Positions 26,561 to 40,500 of a DNA stretch of 64,000 nt are shown one piece after another. Within the stretch, counting starts at the first letter, position 1; each line of letters begins with the position of its first letter. The translations under genes were made by a program, and so were the position numbers. The stretch is from Azolla caroliniana (Eukaryota > Plantae > Polypodiophyta): assembly GCA_043228905.1 (NCBI GenBank), contig JBHGNT010000001.1:7626001-7690000 (forward strand), read 5' to 3'. The notes below the pieces were generated by a model, which was given only the letters and a program-made list of their open reading frames with translations, was not told where the DNA came from and ran no database searches.

Positions 26561-27985
26561 ATGGGAAAGAGACTAGGATTGTTTTCTGACATTGGCAAGA
26601 AGAGTAAAGGTGAGTACATATTGTTTTTAGCATAACCCAGTCTCAATCAAGTAGGTTATACTGTATCCACTGATTTTCAATCATGTTTATTTTTCACAAG
26701 AGACAGAATTTAACTCAAAAGTGCTCATAGCTGCTTAAGCTGGAATATTTGGTCTTAATTCTGAAAGATTGTAGATCTGTTGATTTTTTTTCTATATCTT
26801 TTTGGAGAACCTATTATCATTTAATAGGACCTTAATTTGTTCTGAAACATTTGTTCACAGCCTTGACCTTAAAGGTGAGTACATATAGAACTGTCTTCTT
26901 GTCTCTATATTTTTTGTTCTTGAAGTTCTATATGGTCTTTCAAGGGCTAATTTATTATTTGAGTTGTATATCTTAGAAAAGAAAACATTTTTTTTTCAAT
27001 AAACAAGCATTACAGTTGCAGGTCAGTAAGCTTCCTTTGTCACAATTTGATCCCAAGAACCATAAATTGTGTTAGTCAACCAATTCTAGCATTTGAATGA
27101 TGTCTTCTTTCTTTAGAAGATTGTGATCCAGTGCAAACTGCTCATCCAGAGACAGATTCAATATATTATTGTCTTCAACGCCCTTGTTTCTTTGGGTGAG
27201 GCACTTTCATGTATAATTCCTGACAACTCACTCTGTCCTTGTAATGGTTGTCTAAAGCATTATTATCTATATATAAACTGTGTGATAATGTCCAGTCTAT
27301 TATAATGCGACGTCAAATAATTTTAGAGAGCAAGGATATATGCATTTCTAGGCGCTTTGTTTATTAATTGGCTTGAAGGTCAAGGCTGTGAAAGGTAAAT
27401 AGTGTGGTACCACAAAACAGCATTTTAAAATTGATCATATGTATGTGAAGACACATGTTAGTATTTCCATTTGTTTATTTTTTCTATATTTAGGAAGCTC
27501 TTTATTTATTTTTATAACTGCTTTAGGAAGTTCCTGTTTAAATCTGCCAATTTGGTGTCTGAATTTTCTAATGGGGATAATTCATCTGTTTCTTCTTTTC
27601 CAGATCTACTGTACAAAGATTATCATCAAGACCATAAAATCACAATCACTACAGAGTCAGAGACAGGATTGGTTTGTTGCATTTCTTTACTGCTAATAGT
27701 TCTTTTAGACTCGAGGATTATAATGAACGCTAATGGTTTCTAAGAAATTTAATATTGCTATGAGGGTAGTCTCTTTAGTTTCATGTCTTAAAAGTTAGAA
27801 TATGTGAAACATATTTATTTTTTGGAGTAACTTTTAAAATCATGTTTGCATGCATGCATGTTTATCAGTAGAACACGATATGTAAATCTGTATTTCTGTA
27901 TGCAACAACATACGACATGTAGGCCTGTACTTATGTATATGGGAATGTACTTATTCAAAATGTGCTTATATGTATGAGGAATTAT

Positions 27986-28016
<31 letters not shown>

Positions 28017-30234
28017 TTACAGACATTTACCACAACTGGAGTTAAAAAAGGAGATTTATTTTTTGGTGATATTGTGACAAAGCTCAAGAAAAGGAATGTA
28101 ACAACAGATATAAAGCTAGACACAAACTCACGCGTATAATTCTATTTCTCATTCGTATTTTTTATTCTTCTGCTTTTTGTTTGTATTTCTATTTTCTTAA
28201 AATTTCAGTCCATTTTTATTGTCATGGACTACTGAGATGAGAATAGATGTTTTTGCATCACATAATACATTATTTCATGCCTTGCGTATTTGGGAAAGGC
28301 TGTATTTAATTGTCTCAGTAGTCAAGACCATGTGAATTGATAAATGTTTGTTTGGCAATGATTAGGAGGTCATGTGCTTAGCCCATACATTCACTAGGAT
28401 CTAGCAAAATAGCTTCGAATGAACCCAAGTCTCTTAGCTAGTAAAACTATGCATTTACCACCAGAATAAGCCTTTGCAGAGAGAGTGAGGGAGAGAGGAA
28501 GAGAGATATCTTTTGGAGGACAGCTTGGCCCAAAACTCTGTATCTCAGCAAATGCTTGTATTGGACCTGGAGTAAGGTTTATTGGCCGTGTTATTCTCAA
28601 TGATGTGCAAGTCAAGGTTAAGATTTTTGAATACTTGTTATCATTTTTAGCTCTGTCGAGCTCAATATGCGAATGGATGTGTGGGATACCCCTTGTGGAC
28701 ATTGGAGAGGGGGCAGGGACAGGACGTAGTAGATTGTATATCCATGTGGCTGGTATGGAATGCTTGTGGATGTTAGTTATGCCTGGTACTTACTGCTGGA
28801 GGGAGATAGTGAAATTAGGTATTCTTTATTAATAGAAAAGGAAATCATGTTGAGAATCAAGCTCAACTTGTGTAAACATGTGCTATGAAGAAAAGCACAA
28901 TGTGTGAAAAAGTGTGTGAGCACACTTTATTGTAATCTGTGTAGTTGTTAAGAGTGAATGTGGTCAAAGAATGTCACATATTCTTATGACAAAATCGTAC
29001 TTGAGTGGATATCTCTTGATTAAATTCCACCAACACATTTAATGTGGCAGTCCTTTGAGGACTTGTGTATAAAACCCCCTTGGCCCATTGTGTTGTTGAT
29101 GATCTTTAGTTAATTAATATAGTTTTCTCTTCGGTGCATAAGCTGTCCATCCCCGTACTGTATATTTTCTTATTTTCTGGTTATTCTCTCTGATTTCATC
29201 TTTTCCGCACACACCCACTCTTAAACAGGCACTTTGCTTCCGCATACTCAACTCTCAACTCTGCCAGAGTTAGATTCTTTACGAATCAGATATCCAGTTA
29301 ACTTATATAGAAGAGTGTTATATTAATATCTTGAAGCTGCACTAGATATTCACAACAGTCACAGTGGATGAAATCACCCCAGGTCTGAAGATCCATTCAG
29401 TTTTACAATCCCAGATCCAAATTCAGGAAAGGTATGCAGTGTTTCCAGATGTTTCTGCTATAATTGTTGTTTTAACATTTCTATGTGTTGTTTCTAGATG
29501 GAGGTGCAATATCTCCATGATCATGCTATGCTAGTCTTCAATGTAGTATTGGCATGACAGCTGTCCTGTAGTAGAAGTGAATGGTGCATTTGGTAATGGA
29601 AAATTCGTTATCGGTGGTGAAGTGACTTTTGACACAAATAAAGTGGTGAAGTGGCTTTTGACACAAATACAGGATTGCTAACTAAGTACAATACGGGTGT
29701 CTGTATCTTTCAACCTGATTTCACTGCTTCTGTTCTCTTGTATGACCTCCATTTGACTCCAATATAATCTAACATTCAGTAGGGAAATTTACTGAAATAC
29801 CTATATTGTTTCACAGAATTCCCAAAATAACTTTCATTTGGCAATTTTGTGAAAAAAGCAGTTGTAGTTCGGGATATTTTCCTATACATTACATTCATTA
29901 CATCATCCGGTCTATATATGTTTTCTGATGTCATGCAGAATGGATAAATGTGATACAGTGAAAGCTTCTTATGTTCAGAACCTCAGCTCTAATAAAATGG
30001 CGGTGGCGGAAATAGCACACAAGTTGTCTAAGAATGAGAATACTTTCGCTATTGGAAGTTCTTATGCGTTGGATGCTCTGACTATTGTGAAGAGTGAACA
30101 ATTATGGTATGGTAGCAGGTCTTATACAACATGAATGGAGGCCAAAATCAACGGTATTGCTTTCAGCTGAAGTTGATTCAAAAGCCTTGGATAAACAAGC
30201 AAAGGTTGGCCTTGCATTGGCTTTGAGGCCCTGA
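26561..30234 (+). pseudogene. VDAC: Unprocessed VDAC (mitochondrial porin) pseudogene. Exons: 26561-26609, 27604-27671, 28023-28133, 29346-29431, 29498-29739, 29939-30234
   Basis: Spliced reading: MGKRLGLFSDIGKKSK|DLLYKDYHQDHKITIT..|TFTTTGVKKGDLFFGD..DTNSR|IFTTVTVDEITPGLK..|..QYLHDHA..GEV.FDTNTG..KYN|..[29 protein letters not shown]. Frameshifts: -1 in exon 4; +5, -1 and +29 in exon 5; about -5 in exon 6. Confidence 0.88.
28848..29283 (+). mobile_element. Probable solo LTR inside VDAC intron 3
   Basis: Starts TGTTGAGAATCAAGCTC and ends GAGTTAGATTCTTTACG (imperfect inverted ends, CA read as CG). Flanked by 5-bp direct repeat AATCA (28843-47, 29284-88), with an internal TATAAAA. Confidence 0.6.
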
Positions 30235-32293
30235 AGGATAGCTATAGGTTCTCTCTACTTTCCTACCAGAATTATTTTGGATTTTTGTCAATAACTTACG
30301 TATATTCAGATAAAATGTCACTACAAATTTGTGTTTTATCAACATTGCTAGCCAAAAAATCAATTTAAACGTTATCCAAGCTGTAAAGCTCACAAAGCAA
30401 TTGTGATACAACTCTGTAAAAACAACCGAACTCCTTGGTCCGAACATATATTTACAGAAAGAACAAGGGAGACATATAGATCTCTTAACTAAAGAGGCCA
30501 ATTTTTCTTTGGACACATAGCTCACATCAAATGTGGAGAAAGAGAGGAATCATTTCGTTATAGGAAATGAGGAAGCCTAGTAAAGTGGTTATTTATTGCA
30601 AAAAGGAAACTTTAAAGCCATTGGATTCTTTCACATGCAACATCCCTAGGAATATGCATTTAAGATTCTCTCGAACATGAGCAACAAGCAAAGTAAATTT
30701 ACAGGGGAGAAGCACATCAGAGATTGAGATTGACAGAAACAGAACACAATAATGTAACTCAAATTATGGGAGTCCTCATTGAGGTTATCTTATTAGCGAG
30801 TCTCCAATACCTCTTCAAAGAGGTATTCACACATTATTCTATGTCATGCACATGTACCACCCCTTGCTCGAGCACTCTTAGGATATCCTTCAATACCAAC
30901 TTCAACTTCAAGACCAGCTACATAATGGAGAACATGTTTTTATCAATATTTACTCTTCTTGCAAAAAAGGGAGTAGATTATTTTAAAGAAAATCTTATTG
31001 CATCTGTGCACTCAAGTGCACGTATTTGGTTTCCAATCAAATTAATTGTAATAACACTCGCTTCTAAGGGCAAGAGATGTTTTTGTCGATACTTGTAATA
31101 CTCCTAAATATTACGAGTGTTAATTGGAGCCCAGATCACAATTAACTACTATATTGAGTGTGAGCACTAAAATATCTATATTATCACGCTCATTTTTTAT
31201 TAACAAATGAGAGTCCATAATCAGTGGTCATAATCTCTAATTAATTGTGCCATTTAAATTGAATTAGCAAGGAGTATTTTGGTAATTTTGCTTAAACATT
31301 GGGGTAATTTTTGGGAAACTTAGGGGTATCACTGTAGATAGCGGAACCATTTGTGTTATTCTCATGTCTCTTATCATTAAAGCATTGGCAATCGTTTGTC
31401 TATATTTTTGAAACACAAGATATTGACATCAACCCATTAGATCTACAGTGGGCATGCTTGTGATGGGTTGTCATGCTTCTAGGGAGCAAAAGCTAAATTT
31501 TTTTGGAGAGTTTTGTAATACTTATTGTCCGAGCTTAAATAGTATGGATATATCAAAGTTTAGCTTTAGCTCATTGTCTAAGATTGGTAGTGGCATTAGT
31601 ACAAATCTCATCACTTGATTATTTTGACGTTTTTGTGAGAAGTAAAAAGTGAGGACACACTTGATCTAAGCTTGTGTATATTCCCTCCATTTGAATTTTG
31701 CTAAACTACCTACCACCCTAAATACAGATTGACCCATATGATATGGGTTGTAGGGTTAGACACAATGATATGGAGGGAGTGTTACCTATACACACCACTT
31801 TGCCAAAGATAATGGTTTAAGGTTCAGCACCTTAGAATGCTACATAAAAAGCATTTTTCTAAACTCATTGTGTATATGAATGGTAATTTGAACCCAAACT
31901 TTAAATTTCCACAGTAAGGTTTGATGAAGTTCAAGTTTACAAAACAAAACCATTGCTTGAATATGTTGGTGTTGTATTGTATTTGGGCAATCCTAGCCTT
32001 GCTGATTGCTTTTAGGCACTAGAGACTATTATGTCTAAGAAGATAAGAGTGGAGGGAGATGACAGTCCCTTTATACATATGTATATATATACACGTATGT
32101 GTGAGCGTGCACATCATATAATCAGCTAACACTATGCAATAATGATAATAGAAGAAGAAACAATGTAAGGTACGGAAATGCACTCTTATCAAAATCAGAA
32201 ACTGACAAAGAAATAATATTAGAGTGACTTACTATGATGTTATAACGTGTGCGTATGTATCTATCAGGCATTTAGGGTGTCATAGTGACTCTT

Positions 32294-32446
32294 CTAAATA
32301 AGGACCCGATATAAGGGATCAAAGAAGGTTTCTGATTCAATAACACTTTAGCTATCTCAATATGATTCTCCTAAATAAAGACCCAATATAAGGGATCAAA
32401 AGAGGTATGTGATTCAATAACCCTCTAGATATCTCAATATGATGTC
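32294..32446. repeat. Tandem duplication, 2 x ~77 bp
   Basis: CTAAATAA.GACCC.ATATAAGGGATCAAA...ATCTCAATATGAT occurs at 32294 and 32371. Confidence 0.85.
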
Positions 32447-32858
32447 CTCATTATGCGTGCGTGCGTGCGTGCGTGTGCGTGTATATATACATCACTACAA
32501 TCTTCAGATTTAGGATTTGTGTTCCAAAGTCTCTCCTTAAACTGTGACTAGAGAAAACAATAGAGATAAGATGAGGAATACAATAACCCAATCAAGGCCA
32601 CTTGGCATGGCCTTGATATCTCACTTGTTATACACATGGATATATGATTATATTGAGAACTATTGAAAGGGTTTTAGGGTTTACAACTACCATTTTTGCT
32701 TGTATTATCATGTAGCATATTGCCATATCTGATTCTTCGCACGCACACACATATATTGATGACAATTTAGGGTTTGGAACACTTCTATTAGTATATCAAT
32801 GTATGAGGAATGTCTCATACCTAGCATATATATTGAGCACAGTATTAGGGTTTAGGGT

Positions 32859-34580
32859 CTAAGGAGACTCTGAAACATCTATTTTAGGTTTAGTAACACT
32901 ACTTGTAAGGAGCCCCGTGAGATAAACTTGGCATTTAATGATGGTATTGTGCACACGAAAGCCAGGCATCACCGTGAATCCCACCATGGGTATTGTATCG
33001 GTAACACTGATACCGACCATTTGCACTATGCTTTCCATATAGAGAGGAGAGAAATTTGTATCTCTCTTAACCTCAAAGATCTGAGCTCGTCCGGGCCGAA
33101 ATGAGAAGGCCAACTTATGCAACATCCACATGGACTTTGCGAGCTCGACAAAGCTCTGATAGAATTGCGTGTTAGGGTGAATGCCGTTGCACACTTGTTC
33201 CCTATGCTTGAGGTTCCCAAAGAATGATTCTTCCATCTTTGGATGAATGAGTTCTACAAACCTCTTGAGACAATACTTCCCAAAATCACATTCTGGTTTT
33301 GCCATGACCATTTCTGAAGGATCTCTAGTTCTACACTCTTCAAATTCCTTGAAACACACTTCTTGGCTTCTATAACAAGACGATTTTTCATCATCATCAT
33401 CATCATGGACGCCAAGGTCCTCTCTTTCAAAGTTGTTGAGCATTCGCTTGGAAATGTAGGATTCGAACACAAACTTCTTGTGGGTTTCTCGTGCATAGTC
33501 AATGTTGGGCTCAATTGAATTTGCAGCTGATTCTAAACTCCATTGGGCCCTCTTCATCAACGATATCAAGAGCTTTGCAAAGTTCTTCAAGGCTTCAGAA
33601 GCTCCTAAAACCATAGATTCAAGCAACTGAGGAGATGGGCCCAAGGATAAAGAAGTTCTACTATCAGAGATTTTGAGGGTGGGTTCTCTCAGAGATAATA
33701 GCCTTTGCTCGAGCTTTTTCACCTTCTTCTCAAGCTTCTCCCTCTTGATTGTGGTGTGCCCTAGCGTTTCCTTCAAGTCTCGGATGATCCTGTCTTTGAC
33801 TTGGATCTCGGCCCGAAAGCTCTCCATGATCCAATCATAAGGAGATATTACCGAGGTTTTTGTCTTTACAAGGTCTTCTTCGTTTATATTATGAGGGGAG
33901 CTAATGGCGGCCATTCGGGCTCGATAGATTTGTTTGAGCTCGGAGAATTTATTGAGCTCAGCGATCACAGTGTCATTTGCAAGGCGAGATTTCTCAGAAT
34001 CATATGGGATATATACTGAATGGAGGTGAACAAATGCATTCTTAAGTGAAGACACAGTCGAGAAGACACTCGAAATGAGAGCTTCCATGATGTGGAGCTT
34101 CAACGAGGAATCGCTAGTCATTTTCGGGGACTCACTCATATCAGCCGATGCTTCTCGGCCGATGGCAGCAAATGTACCTGACAATGGTGTGGCATCACAG
34201 AAGAAGTCATCAGGATTGAGGAGATTCTTGCTTGTGCCACCATTTGACTTGTCACTGACATCGGAAGATGGAAGAACATGTCTCTCACCAATGTCACCAT
34301 TTGATTTCTCACTGGTGCCACAGTTTGAGGTCTCACTGATGTCGCCATTAGACCTCTCGCTCATGTCACTGCTCGACTTCCCACTGATATCATCACCCTT
34401 TGAATTTTCGGCTCTGTCACTCTCGAAGACGATGGATTTCTCATTGTACGTAGTAGGCCATGCCTCTGATGCTACTACAGCTGCAGCTTTGTGTAATGAT
34501 TTGAAGCTATGGACTGTGTTTTGTTTGTGAAAAGTATCCATGTTCGGGCTCTTGGAATGCACCATTACCACTGTTTCCAT
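32859..34580 (-). CDS. DUF641 / GIL1 / IRK-interacting protein (IRKI)-like coiled-coil protein, 573 aa
   Basis: Motifs EALISSVFSTVSSLKNAFVHLHSVYIPYD..DTVIAELNKFSELKQIY, YCLKRFVELIHPKMEESFFG, FYQSFVELAKSMWMLHKLAFSF, FSPLYMES and VGFTVMPGFRVHNTIIKCQVYL. A 5'UTR intron is likely (donor GCAG|GTAATT at about 35225). Confidence 0.9.
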   Translation of the reverse strand: METVVMVHSKSPNMDTFHKQNTVHSFKSLHKAAAVVASEAWPTTYNEKSIVFESDRAENSKGDDISGKSSSDMSERSNGDISETSNCGTSEKSNGDIGERHVLPSSDVSDKSNGGTSKNLLNPDDFFCDATPLSGTFAAIGREASADMSESPKMTSDSSLKLHIMEALISSVFSTVSSLKNAFVHLHSVYIPYDSEKSRLANDTVIAELNKFSELKQIYRARMAAISSPHNINEEDLVKTKTSVISPYDWIMESFRAEIQVKDRIIRDLKETLGHTTIKREKLEKKVKKLEQRLLSLREPTLKISDSRTSLSLGPSPQLLESMVLGASEALKNFAKLLISLMKRAQWSLESAANSIEPNIDYARETHKKFVFESYISKRMLNNFEREDLGVHDDDDDEKSSCYRSQEVCFKEFEECRTRDPSEMVMAKPECDFGKYCLKRFVELIHPKMEESFFGNLKHREQVCNGIHPNTQFYQSFVELAKSMWMLHKLAFSFRPGRAQIFEVKRDTNFSPLYMESIVQMVGISVTDTIPMVGFTVMPGFRVHNTIIKCQVYLTGLLTSSVTKPKIDVSESP

Positions 34581-37500
34581 TGTATCTCCAATCTATGTAG
34601 ACATGGAAAATCGACAAAAAGAGATGGAATAAGTAGAAGAGATGATTTGATGATAGAGTTTGAAGTTGCAGTGGTATTGAGGGTTTTGTTATTCTTTCTG
34701 ATTCAATAATTTATCGTAACTAACAGATGTTGCAAGTTTTGTATAGCTAGAAATGCTAGAGCTTTTCGAGGGGAGAAAAACTACTGACCAATTTAAAGTT
34801 TAAGCAGAAAATACTAAGTTTCGGAACACCTAATTAGCAGGGAAAATCCTAAATTTTAAGTTTCAACATGGACAAAAGAAGTTAGGATATTGCTTCCTTG
34901 TTCCAATCACACGGGAAACTAAACTATGAATATCTGATAAGTATCATTTACAAAATATGAAGATAATATATCAGAAAATGGGGGGAATGCAGATTAAATT
35001 TAGGGTTTTCTTTTCCCTGATTCGACATGCAGAAAAAAATCAAGGTTTGCATGTCCCCTTAGTGGCAGAATCCCTAAATTATGAAGCTCAACATGAATTT
35101 CTTTTCAGGGTTTTCTACCTTACAACCACGAAATTGGCATAATGAAAAGCAAATAATATTTTGTTCAGGATTGCTACTTCTTGTAAATGTAGCAAAGGCT
35201 TTAATAAAAAAAAAGGACATAATTACCTGCAAGATTAGGGTTAGTGTTTCTGCTAGAGCTTTCAATGCATGAAAAATTGCAGCCAAAATTCTAGGGCTAC
35301 TTCCGTTCTTCCCGATTTCTGATTGCGCTGAATAGGAAATGACCAAAGCTCATCCAATATTAAAGAAAGCTTCCTGGAAGCCCTAAATGCAAGCATTTAC
35401 TTGAAATTTTCCTTGTCTTCTCCTTTGGTGTCTGATCAGAGGCAAGGATGGAGACTGTTGAGATGAGCCTTAAATAAATAGGATGGAATGAATAGATAGA
35501 TAGATGGGAAGAAGAAGAAGAAGAAGAAGAAGAAAGGAGGAGGAGGAGGAGGAGGATATGGAAATGACAGTGGGTGCAAAGGAAAGAGAGAGGTGACCAA
35601 AAAAAGAGGGTATGGAAAATCAATGAATGAATAAAACTAATAAACAAATGGGAGAAGAAGCTATGGGGGGTGGGGGGGGTCCAGAAATAGACATAGCAGC
35701 TGCAGCAGCAAACAGCTCAGACCTGCTCTGTTTTTGCTCTGTTTTTGCTCTGTTCTGTTCTGCTCTGTTCTGTGCAGAGAAAGAAATGATGGGAGGCTTC
35801 ATCTGATTCTGTGAAGAAAAACCAAAGACAGGAGGAGCTCATAATAATAATAATAATAATAATAAAGAAAAAAGCAAAAAAAACAAATTAATATTTACAC
35901 CTCTGTTTATCTGTCTCTATAAAAATGTTTGTTTACTTTTATTTTTATGTTTTGTATTTTAATTTGTAATTTTATTCTGGTATGTCATGTCTATGTATGT
36001 ATGTATGTCTTTGCTCTCTTATTTTCACCATAAATTTACAATCATATTTATTTCCTGTATTTATGTGTGTTCGTATATTTATTTATTTATTACGTATATG
36101 TATTCCTTTAAAATATGTGTATATAAATAAATAAATATGTACTGTAGATAGATAAGATAACCCCCCCCCCCCAATTTCCATATATATTTATTTATGCCAT
36201 TTTTTTAGTGCTCTCTCTCTCTCTCTCCGATTTTATTTTTCTTCCTAGTATAATTAAGCTCTATAGAGAGAGGTAAATAGGCTTGTGTCAGATTTTGTTG
36301 AGCTTCTTCATGGACCACACAGCCCAAGCCAAGACCCCAATGAATGGGAAAGTTAAAAGAGCAAAGAGCAAGAGAAAGAGCAAAAGACAAGAGAAGAGAA
36401 GAAGAGCTGGGCCGGCCAATTCATCGTGGACTCCCGGCCCGACATTTGGCTCGCGTACCCTCAATTCCCTTCCCTTACGAGCTCAACCCCAGATATAAAT
36501 CCCCCACATTGGTTAGTTCATAGTCCCGAGCGCGAGAGCCTTCTTCGCGCACTGTCAAAAACTCGAGTGGGTCTTTTGGCAAGAATCGCCCATTTCTATG
36601 GCATTTCCTTGTTCGTAATGTCCCATGTAACACGTGTTTATCGTTTGGCCTTAGAAGACGTTAATATATCTTTCTTTCTCTCTCTCTCTCTCTCTCCCCA
36701 ACCCATTCTAATGCCGATTCCTATTATTTCACCTTCTCCATAGCTACGTAGTAATGACTAGTCACATATCTTATCTTTTGTCTCCTTCCTCTCCCTTACA
36801 ATCCTCAAACGTTAGAGCAAGCATGTGAATCTTTGTTTCGCCTTGTGTCTTGGTGTGTGCATGTACATGTCCTATAGTATTTCTAATCTAGCAACCAGTA
36901 ACAAATTTGCATGCCTCCCCACCCTTTGTGGATGCATTATGGTCATACCGATTGCCATCGTGATAAGACATTGTATAGTAAGTCCCTCCCCGAATCCCCA
37001 AATCCTCAAATGTTTTCGAGGGGATACATCATTCATGAGGTTTCTAAACTACATATTGCATGGCATAGCCCTCTCAAAACAATAACATATGTGCCTCTAG
37101 TAAACAACGTGATTATTGTTCCCTATATAATTTTACTTCCCACATACTTTGAACTCTTCTCCATTCTCCTTGCATTTGTGTGAATTAGTCAACTTGCTCA
37201 TGCTAGTCACATAGTTCTCATACTTTGGCCACATGGATTGTTGTTGCTCTTAACCCTAACTTACCTTGATTTTGACTAGATTTTATAGGGGCATGGGGAG
37301 AATTTCTCCTCCATCATATGGTTTTGCCTAAAGGACCCATCTCTCAAACATAGCATGTTGGAACCATTGTTTAGATATCTTACCCCACTTTTGAATATCA
37401 TCATCCCCCATCGTTAACCACAAAAAATTCATTTGTTTTACATGTGCCATATAAGAACTATGAATATTATCGACTCAATGGTGCTCCTTGCACTCATTAG

Positions 37501-40500
37501 TAGTGCATGTTATTTCACCATTTAATTAGATGAAACCATGGCTTTCACCAATCATGGGTTGTCATGTTCACACTTTGCCCTTTTTCCAATATTTCCTTAC
37601 ACGAGAACATTGCATGCGTTCCATTATATACCCGTTTCACCATTTGTAATCTCCAAGTGCACATGTTATGCAATTACGACACTTAGTACTAGGGAAGTTG
37701 TTGTATGATACAAAACAATAAAAATCAGTTTCTTACATATCTTCTGAGCACACGATTAAACAAAATAGTACACATGGAAATATTCTATTCGCTTTTTCAA
37801 AAGATTTCTTCATCTCAAGGCGTTTTTTCATAAAGCAAGAAATAATGCATGCACACCTTAGAATAAAGTTCACCTTTTGATCAAACATTTCATACGAGCC
37901 TCCTTTCAATTCTTTTTCAATCAAAGCAAACATGCATAATGTTTTGTAACCTTGAATGGCCTTCCATTTTCGTTTCTTTGATAATCTATTCTTGTTCTTC
38001 TCTATATTTGTACACTATCCTATTAACTTACATTATCTCTTTATCATCTAAGAAGCTAGAATACTCGCCTGAGTCTCGTTTGGTGTTCATGACATTGGTT
38101 TGGTTGGATTTTATTCTTGGTTCATTGGATATAGATGGGCCTCACGTCTAAAAGAAATGGTTTAAAAATCAACAATGTATTGATGCTTTTACAAATCAAC
38201 ACTAATAATGTATGTAAATAAACAATTGTTAATATGCTTTGACCTTTGAATCATGATTGGTTTACAATTCCTTAAACTCTTTTATCCAAAAATCGAAGCC
38301 AACCTTTTTCTAGCTTACTTATGTCGTGCTCAAGGATTGTGCTCGTGTGAGCTAAGATTCAATGTCAAACATGAAGAATTTTCATACCATTCACCCCTTT
38401 ACTCTAGAATCTACTTGTATAATGTATTGCAAGAGACGATATGCAATATGTCAATAAGTTAGTGGCAAAACATAAAACGAAAAGGAAACAAATGATTGAG
38501 ATTTGTGTTTTATTTCAAACTAAGAAAAAAATGTGGGTATTTATGGAAATTGAGATTTGTCATTTGGGGACCGCTCAAAAAGAAGCAATCAACAAATTAG
38601 GTAACTTGTGAAGTTTTGAACTACTTGATAGTTGGTTGAATGAAGATGATTCTTGCTCGATTTGTACAACTATTGTTGTCACCAAAAGAACTTAACTACA
38701 CCAACCACCCATGTGAATATAGGCATCTCTCAAGAATGAAGCTTGTGTTTTGTTTCAACATCTAAAGACAATATTTTGTTCCAAAATACAAAGTCTCTTA
38801 TGCGATGTTCGCATGTTCCATCTTATATGGTGCTCATAAGTGAAACTTTTTGGGATATTTTGAAATGTCGAGAAGACATGGGTAGGGTACCTTGCATCAG
38901 AGGCATCTATACTTTTACTTTGTCGTGAATCATGGTTCTTCCCAACATTTTAGGTGAATTATTATTTGCTTTTTAGAGCTTACCTTTGCTTGCAAACATA
39001 AAGAAGGCCCACACGGATGAACATTGATGCAACCGTAACTTTCAGGGCTACATTTCATTTAGAAAATGATAGCACATTGCCACATGTGAGGTTTTTCCAC
39101 TAAGTGTAGTGCACACCCTTTCTAGAATAATTTATAAAGTACGCATTTTACTATTGCTCCATAATTTCAAAGTTGGCACTGCACCATATGTAACAATGTT
39201 GACACTTGCTTGTTTATCATTACATTATATGGGTAAAGATTCCAAATGTGGCAACCGTACAATTGTCTCGTACTACTTCGATTCCACAAAGTCACATTGG
39301 GCATAAGCGATGTTTCTAATGTTTAGTGTGCAATTTAATGCGCATTACAACAAAATTTTATAGCTGTAGGCCATTGCTATTTTCGGAGTATGCGAAGAAG
39401 CAAAATGATATGTCCCCTCATCAACATTATAATTTATCACAATAAGAAAGCTATTAAATGTAAGGAAAGTGATACTCCTACGAGGTATATTTATTCAATG
39501 ACATAGCACAGTAACTTCTACACAAAAAAGATGATCACATATGTGTGAACCATGATTCATGTTCTTCCATATAATTGTCAAGATTCAACCAAAGGTATAT
39601 TTGTAAAGGCTTCAATGCGTCATAGACAATTTTCTATAACCTAAGAAATATGTTTTTTCACATTACATTGGACGTATGGGTGCCAACAAACATCAACAAA
39701 ATACCTTTGATTGGTCAACTAGGTAGACGGTCGATTTAATAATGTAATGTGTGAAAGTTATCATTAGGGTTAGTATGTCAATGTATAAAAGGCTACTTTA
39801 GTTGATTCAACAAAGTTTGGCATGCTCAAGCCATCCGTTTATTAATACCTAGTTGCTTAACATGACAATGAGCATACATCTCCAATAGGTCATCTTTCAA
39901 TCGTAACCGAGTTGCAGTGCTTTGAAATATTTATAAGATTCTCTCTTTGTTCCATTTGTGTTTCTGTGCCAATCGGCATGTATAGTGCAAAGTCTTTTCC
40001 ACACAAAAATTGACATGGTCATCGGTGGTAGAAAAATAGCATAAAATATTTCTAGGGTGGAAATCATTTCCAATGTCATAGTAGTTAACGAATGGGAAAG
40101 GACGTGGGCAAACATCATAATACCCCTAGCTTTTATACAAATAACCAAATAACCCTAAAGTTTTTTAAGGACTACCAAGATACCCCAGTTTTTTTAATTA
40201 TTCCAAATGTACACTTTATTATCTATCAATACTATTATAAGTGGTATAGTGGACTATTATTAATCCTAGTATAAATTGAATTTTTTATGAGTGTTAACTA
40301 GGGCCTATTGACTCTATTGATGTATATTTGCCCCCAACAAGTTTGTGATTCTTTGTGTCTCACTCTACTCTATGGCCTACCTTCAATCACATAGAAACTT
40401 GCTTTTCCCACATTTTCATGCATGCCCTATCCATCCTTACACACCTTTCTCTTGTGTCCATAGTGCAGATTGCTCCCAAAAGAGTGTTGTGTTTTGATGT

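Noticed and set aside
28394-28832. Overlapping ORFs of 102 and 115 aa in VDAC intron 3
   Set aside because: No recognisable motif, non-informative composition, and intronic position next to a solo LTR.
32668-32857. TTTAGGG telomere-like motifs
   Set aside because: Only one or two units at scattered sites. These are telobox-like, not an interstitial telomere array.
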